Below are positions 32,481-45,300 of a stretch of 64,000 bases of DNA, one piece after another (the first letter of the stretch is position 1; every line of letters starts with the position of its first letter). The position numbers were made by a program, and so were the translations under genes. The DNA is taken from contig NIVC01000337.1 of the NCBI GenBank assembly GCA_002269645.1, positions 62,001 to 126,000 on the forward strand, read 5' to 3'. The notes under the pieces are model-generated. The model did not search any database, was not told where the DNA came from, and saw only the letters and a program-made list of their open reading frames with translations. The stretch comes from Macrostomum lignano. Its lineage: Eukaryota.

Positions 32481-34854
32481 TGTTCTTCAGCTCCCCCCCC
32501 CACAATAGTTTGTCCCTCAATTATCCAGAATTGGCTGTTGCAATGCTCTTCCAACTCAATTTAATTACATTTAAATGCAGAGATAAAGGCCAGAAACCCG
32601 GCTGTTTCGCATCCCCAGTTCCGGGATCTTCGTAGCTCATAAATTTTGAGTCTCTCGCAAAGTCGAGATTGGAGCTTCGCTTAGCCCCCCCCCACCAGCC
32701 AGTCCCACCCCGCATGGTGCGTGACGATCCGGGAGAATTTCCACTTCCTGTCGCTGACTCCGCCCCCCGTGGAGCAGCAAGGCTGGATCCCCAAGTCTCT
32801 TATCTGAGCTCTGGCCGCACCGGTTCCAATATCGATGATCAAAGTTTCCAGCTGCAACGTGACTTTTAAGCAAAGTAACCTGCGGGGGGTTCGGGTTGGC
32901 CCAATTTGAGTTCGACTCAGCGTCTTTAAGAGGCTTAGCAGGTCTTACACAAAGCATTACAGAGTCATTTTATAATCTTCACTTTCTCCAGTCCAACTCA
33001 GCAATGCCTATGCAAATGACCCGAGTCTCTGGGTATTAGCAGCTCCTAAGCTTGTTGGCGCGTGTTGGCGGTGAGCAAACATCCCCCCACGCTCTCGCCC
33101 GACAACCTTGCTGCCATCAAAGACTCAAATCAATTGGGAGAATGCAGTCGGAGCTGCTTCTATCGTAGGAATTTCTGCATCAAGCTGCTACAAGCGGCCA
33201 TCTGCTGCTGCGTCAGGCGCCTTGCAAGTCTTTGTTCTGACTTCACCACTCCGGCAGTCTAAAGCGACCGTGCTGCGACAGTTGCTAGGCCGGAATCCGG
33301 GCCGACTCGGCTGCTTTTGCGGCCTCTGTATATGCATAATTAGACAGCTGAAAGAGCTAGACCGACTTTTCTGCATGCTGCTTTTCTAAAGTTTTTTCTA
33401 TGCTACTTTTTAGACTGCAGGCTTTGTCAGCCTCCGTGTCTCTCTGTGGGCTAAGCTTGACCCAATTTAGCTGGTATGGCTAATCTTGAAGAGAGACAGC
33501 AATGCCGGGTAGCTGCTGCTGCTGGGGAGGGAGAGGCTGACGGATTGTTTGCATTATATAATTTTATAGCCCGGACACGGAATCCGGACGCGCAGTCATT
33601 AAATACGGTTGGGCTATATATTAAACATGGCTAGCAGTTTAAATCAGCCCTACAATTAACTTCATGGGGGCTGCGGCTATCTCTACTGGATGTCTGGGCA
33701 ATCTGCGATCTCCCATTATGAGGATGCAGATCAATTTTGGAAGCCAAACAAACTGTATTTGACACGACGCATTAAGTTTGGTTGCTGCAAAATCCATTAG
33801 TGAGAAAATTTTATCTGTTCGAAGTTAAAGAAACTTTTTCACACCAAGACTTTCGACAAAGACCTTAAAATAATTCATCCTTCCCCCGCGGGAGTTTATG
33901 AGGCGCCTTGTGGTTTTTGGGAGGCCATTTTTGCGGCAGTTTTTGCTGTTTTTATAGCAGGTTGCACCGCGCTACATGGGTGGGTCATGGGCGACTGCCA
34001 TACGGTTAGGCATTAAAAAGCTCGATGCTTGAAGGCATAATCAACACAGAAGGCATTAAACCTAATTGAATTGCAACCTGAATTCGATGTCAATTTCTAA
34101 ATGGTCTTGGTCTTTGTTCGCCACACTGTCTCCTAGCTAGGCCCCCCCACAGATACTATAAACACTAGATAGGCCACTCAGGCTAATTTTCACAACACGA
34201 CAGTTTACTCTACTTTCTGCTTAGTAGTAGTAAAAACATTTTAGCGTTATTTATATTTTTTAAAAATAAAAAAAACAGATGAATGCAATGCAGCAATTGT
34301 ATTGATTTTTTTGCAAAAAGAAACTTATAATTATACTTTCCACAATTCAAAGCAACATTGTGAATGCTTTAGATTGCATAGAAGGCTATATTATTGCAGT
34401 CAACTATTGTATATTTAGCAAATACGAGCTATATCATATACTCCATAATCCATATTCGTGTAGCAAAATAGAAAGATTTCTCATCTTAATCAGCTCATCT
34501 GTTTGTGAAACTCGCAGCGTGCTGTTGAAGAACAGGGTCGCCAGTCGCCCTTGTTCAGAGGCAGCATTCAGAACGGCCCAACAGATGAAAAAAACTGGCG
34601 AATGCGCCACTTCAAGGTCCAGGGATGTATCCGATGGAGAGCCAATCCTCAGTGGTTTCGTAACAGGCAGCCGATAAGCAGCAGGACTTTTGTGGTGCAG
34701 CTGCAATGAGCTGCTGATGAGATGACATCCTTTGACCAGAGCACCCCTGACTGCGAGCGCCCTGCCGCCCAGTCGACCGCTGGAAGCTGCGCTAGCCACG
34801 CCTCCACAGTCCATGGATGCACGACTGCGCTGCACTTGCCTTGACCATCGAATG

Positions 34855-35160
34855 TTGCCGCTGCAGCCGCTTGATTTGCCTGTCGCTTTCGGGATTGCCG
34901 CTGCAGCCGCTTGATTTGCCTGTCGTTTTCGGGATTGCCGCTGCAGCCGCTTGATTTGCCTGTCGCTTTCGGGATTGCCGCTGCAGCCGCTTGATTTGCC
35001 TGTCGTTTTCGGGATTGCCGCTGCAGCCGCTTGATTTGCCTGTCGCTTTCGGGATTGCCGCTGCAGCCGCTTGATTTGCCTGTCGCTTTCGGGATTGCCG
35101 CTGCAGCCGCTTGATTCGCCTGTCACTTTCGGCCTCGGGATCGTTGCTGCAGCCGCTTGA
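34855..35160. repeat. 40-bp minisatellite (GCCGCTGCAGCCGCTTGATTTGCCTGTCGCTTTCGGGATT)n
   Basis: About 7 units. Confidence 0.92.
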
Positions 35161-37224
35161 TCGTTGCCTCTAGCGCTTGGAACCCGCGAATCGGCTGCAG
35201 AGGTGAGAGCTTTCAGCCGCAACAGCTGTTCTCGGCGCAGAATCTGGTAGCCGAAGGTTGCTCTGCCACAGCACTGGCAGCAGGCAAGTCGCAGGCTCGG
35301 CTGCAGATAGATTGCTAATTGGCCCCAGCACTGGAGGGTACATGTCGTCTGCCTCTTCATCGTTTATCAGTCCTTTGCACAGAGGGTAGCTGGTCTATTT
35401 GAACGAGCCGAGGCAGCATCAACTCTTGGTGTGGGATTGCGTCCCAGCGAAAACAGATGTCTTGCACATCCGTGGCACTTTGTAAGGCAGCAGTAGGCCT
35501 CGTCCATAAAGTGCAAGCTGAACACACGGAGGCCCCGTGATTTAATTGTTTATAAAGGTCAATATCCACGCTCCTGCAGTAGCTGCTGCCAGCGCTTCGC
35601 CAGTGTCATCTTTTGGTAATTTATGCATTCGCAACGGATTTTTCTTTCTCGGATGTTAATAGCACTAGTACAAAGCTCGTGCAAGTGGGAGCACAGCAGT
35701 GGTTCGAATCAAAACATTTCTCGAGTACAAGATTAGATAGAAAAGCTAGTATGCACTCGAACTTTCTTTAACTCTGACTCTTGTCCTGTTCATCTATATA
35801 AGCTTGTATTTAAGCACGATTCGCCACCCCCAAATTTTCTAACCCACAACCTCTCAACCCCCACCCCTAACCCAGGCTAGCTATGTGCAGTCCTTTATTT
35901 TCTATCCCACCACCAGTGGGCCTAAATTATCGATCCACTCACCCTGCCTTATACGAAACTGATATTAACCCTATTCCAGACTACCCCCCTTCCTCCACTT
36001 TGAAAGATAGCGGCATTGCACACTGTCTGTCGCGTCTTAATGTACACCATTACTGCACAAAACAAGTTAGTTGTTTATGGCGTTAGCAAAACGATGTCTT
36101 AAAAACAGTCACTCGATTTGTCTAATTTAGCAAATAATACTGTTGCTTCCTTTCATTGCTACTAAGCAGAAAGTAGAATAAAAAACTTGCCCAGAAAATT
36201 AGCCTGAGTGGCCTATCTAGTGTTTATAGTATCTGTGGGCCCCCCTAGGCATGACCGTTTTGACCATATCTTCCCCCGAGGGTGCTGTAAAAAAGTTCCA
36301 TTGCGCAGGCCGCAGATTAAATCCAAAAATCAATTTTCTTTCATTTCCATAGCACAGAGCAGTTCAATTTACACAGCGGCTTGGTGCAAAAGCTAATGTA
36401 ATGTATAATTCTATTTCTACTAGAAAACTTGCTTGGCTGTTAATCAAGATTCATATGATTTTTTAAATGATCTCATCTGTTGCACATTGTATGATGCATG
36501 GCGTGTACTCTGTTACACCCACAAACGTTGTCCATGTACTGTAGATGCTCTGTAAACTGCTTCTGTCTGTTGCGTGTGTTTTGCTGATGCTGGCTGACTA
36601 GAGAGTACTAATTTTGCCGACTCCAAAATATCTCTCTCTTAGGTTATCCAATTAAGATTGTTTCTACGATTCTTGCATTATACAAGCCGTATAGTAGCTA
36701 TGAGAAGTGATTTTAAGTTCAACGAGCGTCATTTATAAACCATTTGTTTTCATGTCGGTCGCAGAAACTTTAAAAAACTTTCTGGAAACTTGAAGAGTGC
36801 TATATATGCTCGTACGTAGCTTCATTTGCTAGCTGTGCATGAGTATAAAGGCCAACATTGCTGAATTTGTGCAGAGAAAACGGACAGTATTCGAACTTGT
36901 GTTTTTATTTGGCAAAATCCAGTAAAAATGTATTTTGAGCTTTAGCTAATCATTCTAAAGGTCTGCAAAACATATATTATAGTATTAATAAATTATAGTT
37001 TGTTTTTTAAACATGAGAAGTCTTGAACAGGTATATTTATAAAAAATGAATCTTATAGAACTTCAACTTCAGCAACTTGAGTGTTCAGTTACAGTTTGGA
37101 TTAAACTATGAGAACCTCCAGATCCAAGGAAGGCGATTTATCACAAAACAAATCTTACATTCTACTTACAGTAGTACTTTATGAAGTATAAAACAATAAT
37201 ACGACAGTACATGCAGGTACCTGA

Positions 37225-37530
37225 GGTACAACAATAACAAACATAATACGCGATTAGCGTCACAGGGCGCGCTTCAAGGCCAGGTCGCGAATGAACGCCA
37301 CGCCGCCGGCCGAATCCGCGGCGCCGGCGTCAGCCAGCAGTCAGTCGACGAAACGCCGAGTGCGCGCCTGCCCATGCCGGTAGGGTGCCTGCAGCGTTAG
37401 CAGCAGCACCTCCTGCACCGGCTCTGGGCAGTGCGACTCGGTGCGGATGATGTGGCCTGCCAGCTGGAGTCGCCGACGGCGCAGCAGGTCGCTTAGACGG
37501 ACCAGGCCGGCGCGGCGATGCAAAGATTTT
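37225..37530 (-). mobile_element. 5'-truncated non-LTR retrotransposon (RTE/L2-like) 3' end
   Basis: LRRRRLQLAGHIIR...RRFVD*LLADAG...LALKRAL* is an ORF2 C-terminal motif, with one in-frame stop and a (TTG/TAT)-like tail; GC-rich island in AT-rich DNA. Confidence 0.75.
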
Positions 37531-40500
37531 GCCTTCTGAGATATACGTATCGATCCAGACACTTTGTAGGAACAAGTCAAAAGAAAGTAAGTAGACAGCC
37601 ATTATGTTTTTGCTAAAGTTATATATATTATTTTTTCTATAAATATTTTAATATTCATCAAATCCTTTTTAAGTAATTTTATTTGAACCATTCTGCCATT
37701 ATTATAAATAAGTAACACTTGTTTCCAAATTCGAAGTTATTTTAGTATCACATATATATTGAGAGTTTAGAAAGCCAGAGTGAGAGTCCAATCAACAAGT
37801 AGGCCTAAGATCATTCTGAGTTTATATGGCAATAAAATTTTCTCCTATATCTGTATAACTAAACTAAACTTGACCAGATTCCTCTAATTTTCCCTTTTAT
37901 TTAAAACAAAAAACTCACCGATATATTTTGAGCATTAAAACAAAAGATTATTACTTTTCGGTACCTTGCACACATTAATTTTTAAAATATATTACATGGT
38001 ACAATGTCGGCTGACACTATCTCATCTCAGGTCATTGATAGGATAACTATTTATAAAGACTTTTCAGTACCGTGTCAGGTGTGTAAATAACACCAAAAAT
38101 ATTTACATGGGATGGTATCATGCAAATAATGACTGCCATTTTTTAATGCTTATGTCTTATGACTATGTTACTATGTATGACTTGTAAGGCAATCTTCTCG
38201 AATCGTTCGTTTAATTATTTCCGGAATTATTTCGCCCTCTATTCAAGGGTGGTGGGGGGGGGTGGGAACGATTCGAGAAGATAGCCGACTTTAACTTACT
38301 TAGGCCTATTACTTATATGTTATATGCTGTTTATCCTTAGGCTAATCATTTTTATCAATTCTATATTCAGCCTAGGCCCTGGCCTGAGCGAAAATTTTGA
38401 TTTTATATTATAGCTAATTACTAGCTAAAATAATGCACCTAATTTTAGCTAGGCAATAGACTTTTTCTTATTAAGAATATTAGCTAAGCATAAGCCTAAG
38501 GATTATTATTTACTCTATTTGACTATTAATTCAAAATAATTTATAGGCCTAGCTATCTATACTAGTATTAATTAATAGGCCAAATGCTTGAACTAGGCCC
38601 TATTCAAAAATATCTTTACAAGTTGAACAATCTACTAAGCCTACTAAGGTGGCTGTCAAAGTGACCTTCAAACTTGTTAGACGAATATAGTTTGGTATGT
38701 TGATACATTGCTCAAAGTGTAGGCCAAACTAAGCTTGGATATTCCAAATAGCCTCTAGCTTAGCTTTTATAGGCTTTTGGAAATGCATATCCAATTGAAT
38801 CTCAATTGGCCAATTAAATTAGCACCTATACAGTATACATGCTGATACTTATGTAGAGTAGCTGGCCCCTACTAGTAGGGCCTAGGCCTAGCTTTTGCTA
38901 AAATGTATAATATAAAAAGTATACTTATATTTAGCAATATTCTTAAAGAACAATGTCTATTTAAAAATTTATTAAATTCTAAAATTATTTATTTCTATTC
39001 ATGACAACTAGTTAGCAAATAAATTAAACTTATATATGTTTTTAAAGTCAACAAAACTTAGATATCTAATTTATCTAAGAAAAAGCATTGCTATTGCCAT
39101 GATTAAATATATTTGCATTAAGAGAAAATACCTATAGAAATTTCTAGAAATTCTAGAATATAAATAACAAAATTGTTATGTTGTAATGAGTTAGAATATA
39201 TTGGTCAGGCTTGTTATATTAAAGTGCATATATGATTTTATATTTGAATCTGGCTTATAGCTGTAAGAAAATGTACTGTCTTCTTTTAAAAAGTAATAGA
39301 GTAAGTAAATAGCAAGAGTCAAACTGAAATATTCAATACCATAAACATCACAAAAATCCAATAGCCTCTTCTGATTAAAATACACTTGTGCAACAATCAG
39401 ATTTATGCTAAAGTAACACTATGGCATGCATACTAGCATTGTTGGCTATTTCAACCTGAAATAAAATAGAAACATACATGTGCAACAGTCGGCTGATCTG
39501 GCCGACTGATCGGCTGACCAATCTGGCCAACTGATCGGCTGACCGATCTAGCGGCCAACCTAGGAAGTCAAAAAAATGCCCACTCGGAAAACCTAAGTAA
39601 TAGAACTAAGTAGCTGGCGAGGCATTTTGGATCAATAAGACAGTCATAGTTACTCCTGCCGTTTACCCAATGTTGCGTTAATTTTGGTTTTTTACATGCA
39701 AGTCGCATTTTTGTTAAAAACTAAGTCACACGGCAGACAGAATTTTGGAGGTTGCGCATGTATGAATGGAAACATAAAAAGCATTTGCCAAGGAGGGACA
39801 CACAACTATTAAACTTGTACTTGTCTTAAACTTGTTTTTTTTAGAAATGGTAATTGTTAAATTGTAATTGTAAAATGATTTGACAAAAAATGTCACTTTT
39901 GAACAAAATGTGTCATTAGTTTTCTATTGCAAGTATATTTATTTTGTAGGTGCCCCTTAGACTATAAATTGAAATGGCTTCCATTAACTTTTGTTTTTCT
40001 TATTTAATAGTCCTTTGAAAGCAGATTTATGGTGATATTTTATAGCAAACATTCTTGAAACTGGGACTAAAAATTTACATGGTCATTTGTTAGTAGATTT
40101 TTCATGGTAAATTTATACCATTGTCTATGTTTCTTGATCTTGGTTTTCTAAAAGTTGGACTTTTCCCTATAGAAAGACCAAGTTATTCTGTTATTGTGAC
40201 CTGCCATTTAGATATAACAAATATTTCATCTAAAGAATATGTTGTCTAAAAACTGAAAAAGTGCTAACTAGAGGAAGGTACCCACAAAAGAAGTCTCACT
40301 TGATCTAGACGATTCAGTTTCTTCTTTGTTCATTTCTTTATCTAATGGCATATCATGGCTTGATTAAAATGGTCTTCTTCAAATTGAGTCATTCTGCAAT
40401 ATACGTAGTATAAGCATTAGGGCACTTACTGTTATTTTAAGTACTAGCATTTGAAAGCAGTATACTGCATTTGTTAAAAAAAGTGGCACCTGTGAGCAAA

Positions 40501-40622
40501 TTAAAGTACAAGTACTATCAAACAATTGGGAGCACTTTCCTATCTATCTGAGGCATGGCTAAGCAGTCCACCAATCTTACAAAGGTATAACAGAAAGCCT
40601 TGCACGTTCCAGAGCTGGCACA

Positions 40623-42347
40623 ATGAGCAACAGCCCGGCCAGTACAGAACTGACAGCTCGAACGCCGGACTCACCCGCATCGATCTTGCGGACTCCCGGC
40701 TCCAGCAGCCGCGCCAGCTGGTTCGTCGCCACGCCGACTCGGGTCACCCTGCCCGGTGGCGCCATCGACGTGCACGACGTGCTCATCCTGACTCACTTTG
40801 CCAAGCAGCCGCTGGTTGACTTCGGCCGGGTGCCGGTCGGCCGCCTGGCCACCCAGCGGCTGCTGATCCAGAATCCGCACAGCTACGATCAGGAGGTGCG
40901 CATCAGCCGCCTGCCCGGCGAGAAGCTCGGCATCGCCTGCGTCGAACAGGAATTCGTTGTCAACGCCGAGGGCGAGTACATGCTCAGCTTGACTTGGACA
41001 CCGCGTCGGCCCGGCGGCATGCGCGAACTGGTCGCCTTCCGGGTTGGCGATGTGTACAACCTGCAGGCGGTGCTGCTGGGCTCAGCGGTCCCTGCGGCAG
41101 CCACAGCGGCCGGCCGGAAGCGGAAAACCTGGGCGGAGCAGCGGCTGGTTGCCGGGCAGGGCGAATCGGCCAATTCGGCCAGCCAAGCAGCAGAGAAGGA
41201 GAACCTGGCCGCTGCTGCCGTTCAGTCTGCCGACACCGTCCAGTCGCCCGTGTTCAACGTTGCCAAGGCTCGCCTGGCCGCTACAGTGTCCGGAGCGGTG
41301 AAGTGCAGCCGAAGGACACCGGCGCTCCCGGCCCAGCCGGAGGAGTCGTCAGAGTCGGCGGTGGCGGCGGCGGCGGACCAGTCGGCGGTCAGCAAGAAGC
41401 CGCGCCTGGCCGACATCAGCAGCAGCGCCAGCATCGTCAGCGGCAGCAGCCATGCGGGCTCGTCACTGCTGTCGCAGCTGCTGCACTCAAAACTGGCGGC
41501 CAAGCTTCGCCCCCGGTTTCACCACCAGCAGCACCCGAGCCCTGTGGAGCGGTTCCGCAGGCGGCACAGTCTGCGCCGGACTCTCACCGGCCGTTTCGCG
41601 ACCGCCGCCACTGCTGCTGCTGCTTTGACGGCCGCGTCAACGTCCGCGTCGGAGGTGGCGATCAGCAGCCCACTGAGCGGTCGGGTTGTCAAGCGTCGCT
41701 CGACCGGCCGCGCTGTTCGCCGAGCCCCGAGGCCTATGGTCGCCGCCGCAGTGGCCGAGTCGCCGTCATCAGCCGTTTCGGACGCGTCTGACCTCAGCAA
41801 CCTGTCGATGCTGGCGCCGACCACGCCGCGATCGACCGCGGCCTTGGCTTCGGCGTCGATGGCGGATCAGCGGAGCTGCAGCGTCTTCTACGACGAGCGC
41901 TGGCGTGAGAAGCAGGTGAGGAACAGCCAGGGGGTTCGAGTCGATGCAGACAATGGAAGATGTCGGAGCCTGTGTATTCCTTAAATCCAAACCTTTTGAA
42001 AGATCTCAAGGACTGCACTTTTTTTAACTCCGCAGGAATTCGGTCTTCAGCAGTGGCTGAACTACCTGCTCACGCCCGGCCTTGCCCTGCGCTGCTGCCA
42101 AGGCGAGGAGCAGTCCGCTAGTGCCACCGCTGCTGCTGCTGCCGCCGCCGCCGCCGCAGACACGACCGGCCCCGCGCCCACCAAAGAGGCCGTCTCGCTG
42201 CGCGCCTACGCCGATTTTCGCACACTTGCCGCGCTCAGAAGCCGCGGGCGCCGGCTGATGACCAGCGACAGCTTTGTGTCCGTGATCTGCCGGGTGGAGC
42301 GAGAGGTATGCACTGAGCTTTGCTGGCTTCTGATGGGTTGGTGCAGT

Positions 42348-42387
<40 letters not shown>

Positions 42388-45300
42388 AGTCTGTCTGTCT
42401 GTGTCTGTATCTCTGACACGACCTGCTCGCCACGAACCCTGTGCAGGTGAGCGAAGGCCGACTTCGCGTCCGTCAAGACGTTTGCTTTCGTGCCGACCGC
42501 GGACTCCGGGCCCGCCTAGTAGACTTTTACTTGGCCTTCCATCCGCTGTGGCTTCGCCTAGCGCTCGAGTCGCTGTTTGACCAGCCGATCCTGACCTCTG
42601 CCGCGGCGACGCCCTCGGACGGCAGCGACGCCGGTGGCGCAGCGGCACGACGAACTCCGCTGCGGGCCTTCATTCTTAACCGGGTGCTGTGGAGTCCCGG
42701 CCTGGCTGACAGGTTCGCCATGCCTGGAGTCTGCAATCTGTACAGAAAGGGCTTCGATGCCGAGCTGTCCAAGTGAGTCTGCTAGTTGCTGACCGCTAGC
42801 TAATTAGGATAATGCGATTTGAATATTATAATATTGCAAAGTGAGATCAGATTAAGACAGTCGAAGTTGTTTGCCATATTTAGGGTGAGATAAGAGGAGA
42901 TTGGGACGGTGAGCAATGAAGTAATAATTTTAGCAGGGTGATAATAGATATATTTAAAAATGTGATAATCGATTAGATCTAGAAGGAAAGAATTGATTAT
43001 CTCCAAGGTGAGAATAGATTATCTATAAAGTAAGAATAGATAATCTAAAATGTGAGAATAGATTATTTGAAATGTGAGAATAGATGAGTTTAGGATGCTT
43101 AGAATACGAAATACTATTAAGGTGGAAATATATTAGTTAAGGCAGGTGACATTAGATAAGATTACAAATGGGATAAGATATTGAAGATGAGATTAGATGA
43201 GTTAAGAAAGGAGAGGAAAGGAGTGCCGGCTTAATGCCGACTTCCCACTCCGTCAGGTACGTGCTGAACAAATTCCTGGCCATCGTGTACTTCCTGGACC
43301 GGGCCAAAACTGACCGCCTCATCGACTTCGATCCCTGCCTGTTTACTAAGCGATCGCAGCACAAATCCACCAAAGAGGTGGTGACCGCCTTCACCAGGGA
43401 CTACCTGTCCGGCGAGGGTGACGTCATCAAACACCTGGGCTACATGGGCTACCGGTTGAGCCATGCGCAGAAGCCTCTTGACGAATATCAGTTCGGCGTC
43501 ACCAACTTGGCCGTGGATTTGCGCGACGGAATTCGACTGTGCCGGACGCTGGATATTCTGACCGGCGGCCGGACAGCCCTGTCCGGACAGGTCCGCTGCC
43601 CGGCCATAAGCCGGCTGCAGAAGATTCGCAACTGCCAGGCCGCGTTCGAGGCGCTAAAAGGCCTTGGCGTGTCGCTGGATTGGACACCAGGTGAGATATT
43701 TATTTGGGGCAGGTGAGATTAGATCAGATATCAAGCGGTGAGGTTAGATAAGATATCAAACAGTGAGATTAGATGAGATATCAAGCGATGAGATTAGATG
43801 TGATATCAAGCAATAAGATTAAATGTGATATCAAGTGGTGAGATTAGATCAGCTATCAGACGGTGAGATTATATAAGATATCAAACAGTGAGATAAGATC
43901 AAATATCAAACAGTGCGATTAGATGGGATATCAAGCGGTGAGATTAGAGGAGATATCAAGCGGTGAGATTAGAGGAGATATCAAGCGGTGAGATTAGATA
44001 AGATATCAAACAGTGAGATTAGATCAAATATCAAACAGTGAGATTAGAGCAGATATCAAACGGTAAGACTAGATTTGAAAATAAAGATAAGATTAGATAA
44101 TTGGAAATTTTAGATCAGAGTATGCCATAAAATATTCAAGTGACAAAAACATTAAAAATTTTTGCTGAGAAATGGAACAGTGAGGGCATTGGAATGTAGT
44201 TGGCAAATTCCCTCTATATCGCCGGAACTTCCCCGTGCTCCCGTTGTCAAGGCAACCCGATCGATCCGCGCGACATTGTCGACGGTCACCGGGAGAAGAC
44301 GCTCAGCCTGCTGTGGCGCTGTCTGGCCCGTTTCTCCCTGGCCGAGGACCCGGGCCTCGTTGGCCGGCTTCTCTGCGAGATCCGCGCTCTTCGCCGCGCA
44401 CTCCGCACCCGGGGCGCCGCCTGCCCGCCGGCGCCGGCCGACCCGAGCCCGGCCAGCCTCCTGCCCTGCTGGGCCGCCTGCGTGGCCGCCTTCGACTGGC
44501 CGGCGGGCCGGCCGCCTCCGGCCGAGGACGACAGTCGCGTTGTCATGCGGTTGCTAAGGCACTACGGCGCGGCACCGCCAGCTGCTGACGATAACAATGA
44601 CGGCGCCGATAGTTGGCGCGCGGTGGCCGAGCGCCTGGCTGAGCTCGGACAGTGTCCGGCGTTGATCATGCCGAATTCCTCGGACAGGCCGGACCGCTGC
44701 ATGCTGCTCGCCCAGCTGGCCGCCCTGGCCGGCAGCCTGCTCAACCTCAACGCCGAGTCCCGAGCCGCCAGAGTCATCCAAGCGGCCTGGCGCCGACGCT
44801 GCGCCAGCCTGGCGGGCCCGCCAGCCGCCCAGGAGGACCGGGTTGACGCTCTGCCAGCGAAAGTCAGCGCCGAGTCGGCCGTCTTTGAGTTCAACATCGG
44901 CGTGTGGCCGGGCACGCCGGGGCCGGCCAGCAAGCCAGCGGACACGCCCAGCCGCTGCCTGCTGGACGTACAGGCTATTCGGCGCGCCCAGGCTGCCAGC
45001 GCCATCCAGCGCTGGTTTCGGCGCGCGCGCCAGATTCGAATTGGCCGGATTCGGCGCGAGATTGAGCGACGCAGACGGCGACGCGCCATTTTGGTCATCG
45101 TCACCAACTACCAGATTAGCAGGCGCAACCGGTTCTTTGCCCTACTCCAGGATCACGTGACTCGCTGGCTGGCCAACAGGCAGGCGGCCGGCAGACGCAT
45201 CCAGCAGTTCTGGCGCGCATATCGGATCAAACGGATTGAGCTTGAGAGGCTGCGGGCGGAGCGTCTGGAACGGGAAACACTGGCGGCCTGCCAAATACAG

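Noticed and set aside
34434-35360. 308-aa minus-strand ORF
   Set aside because: Its middle is a 40-bp repeat cycling through frames and the flanks show no recognisable domain; cannot be supported as a gene.
38068-38130. PCQVC...HGMVSC resembling a nuclear-receptor zinc finger
   Set aside because: Wrong Cys spacing, in-frame stops and AT-rich context; probably chance.
40450-40455. CHR element TTTGAA upstream of ASPM
   Set aside because: A 6-mer in very AT-rich DNA with unknown TSS; expected by chance.
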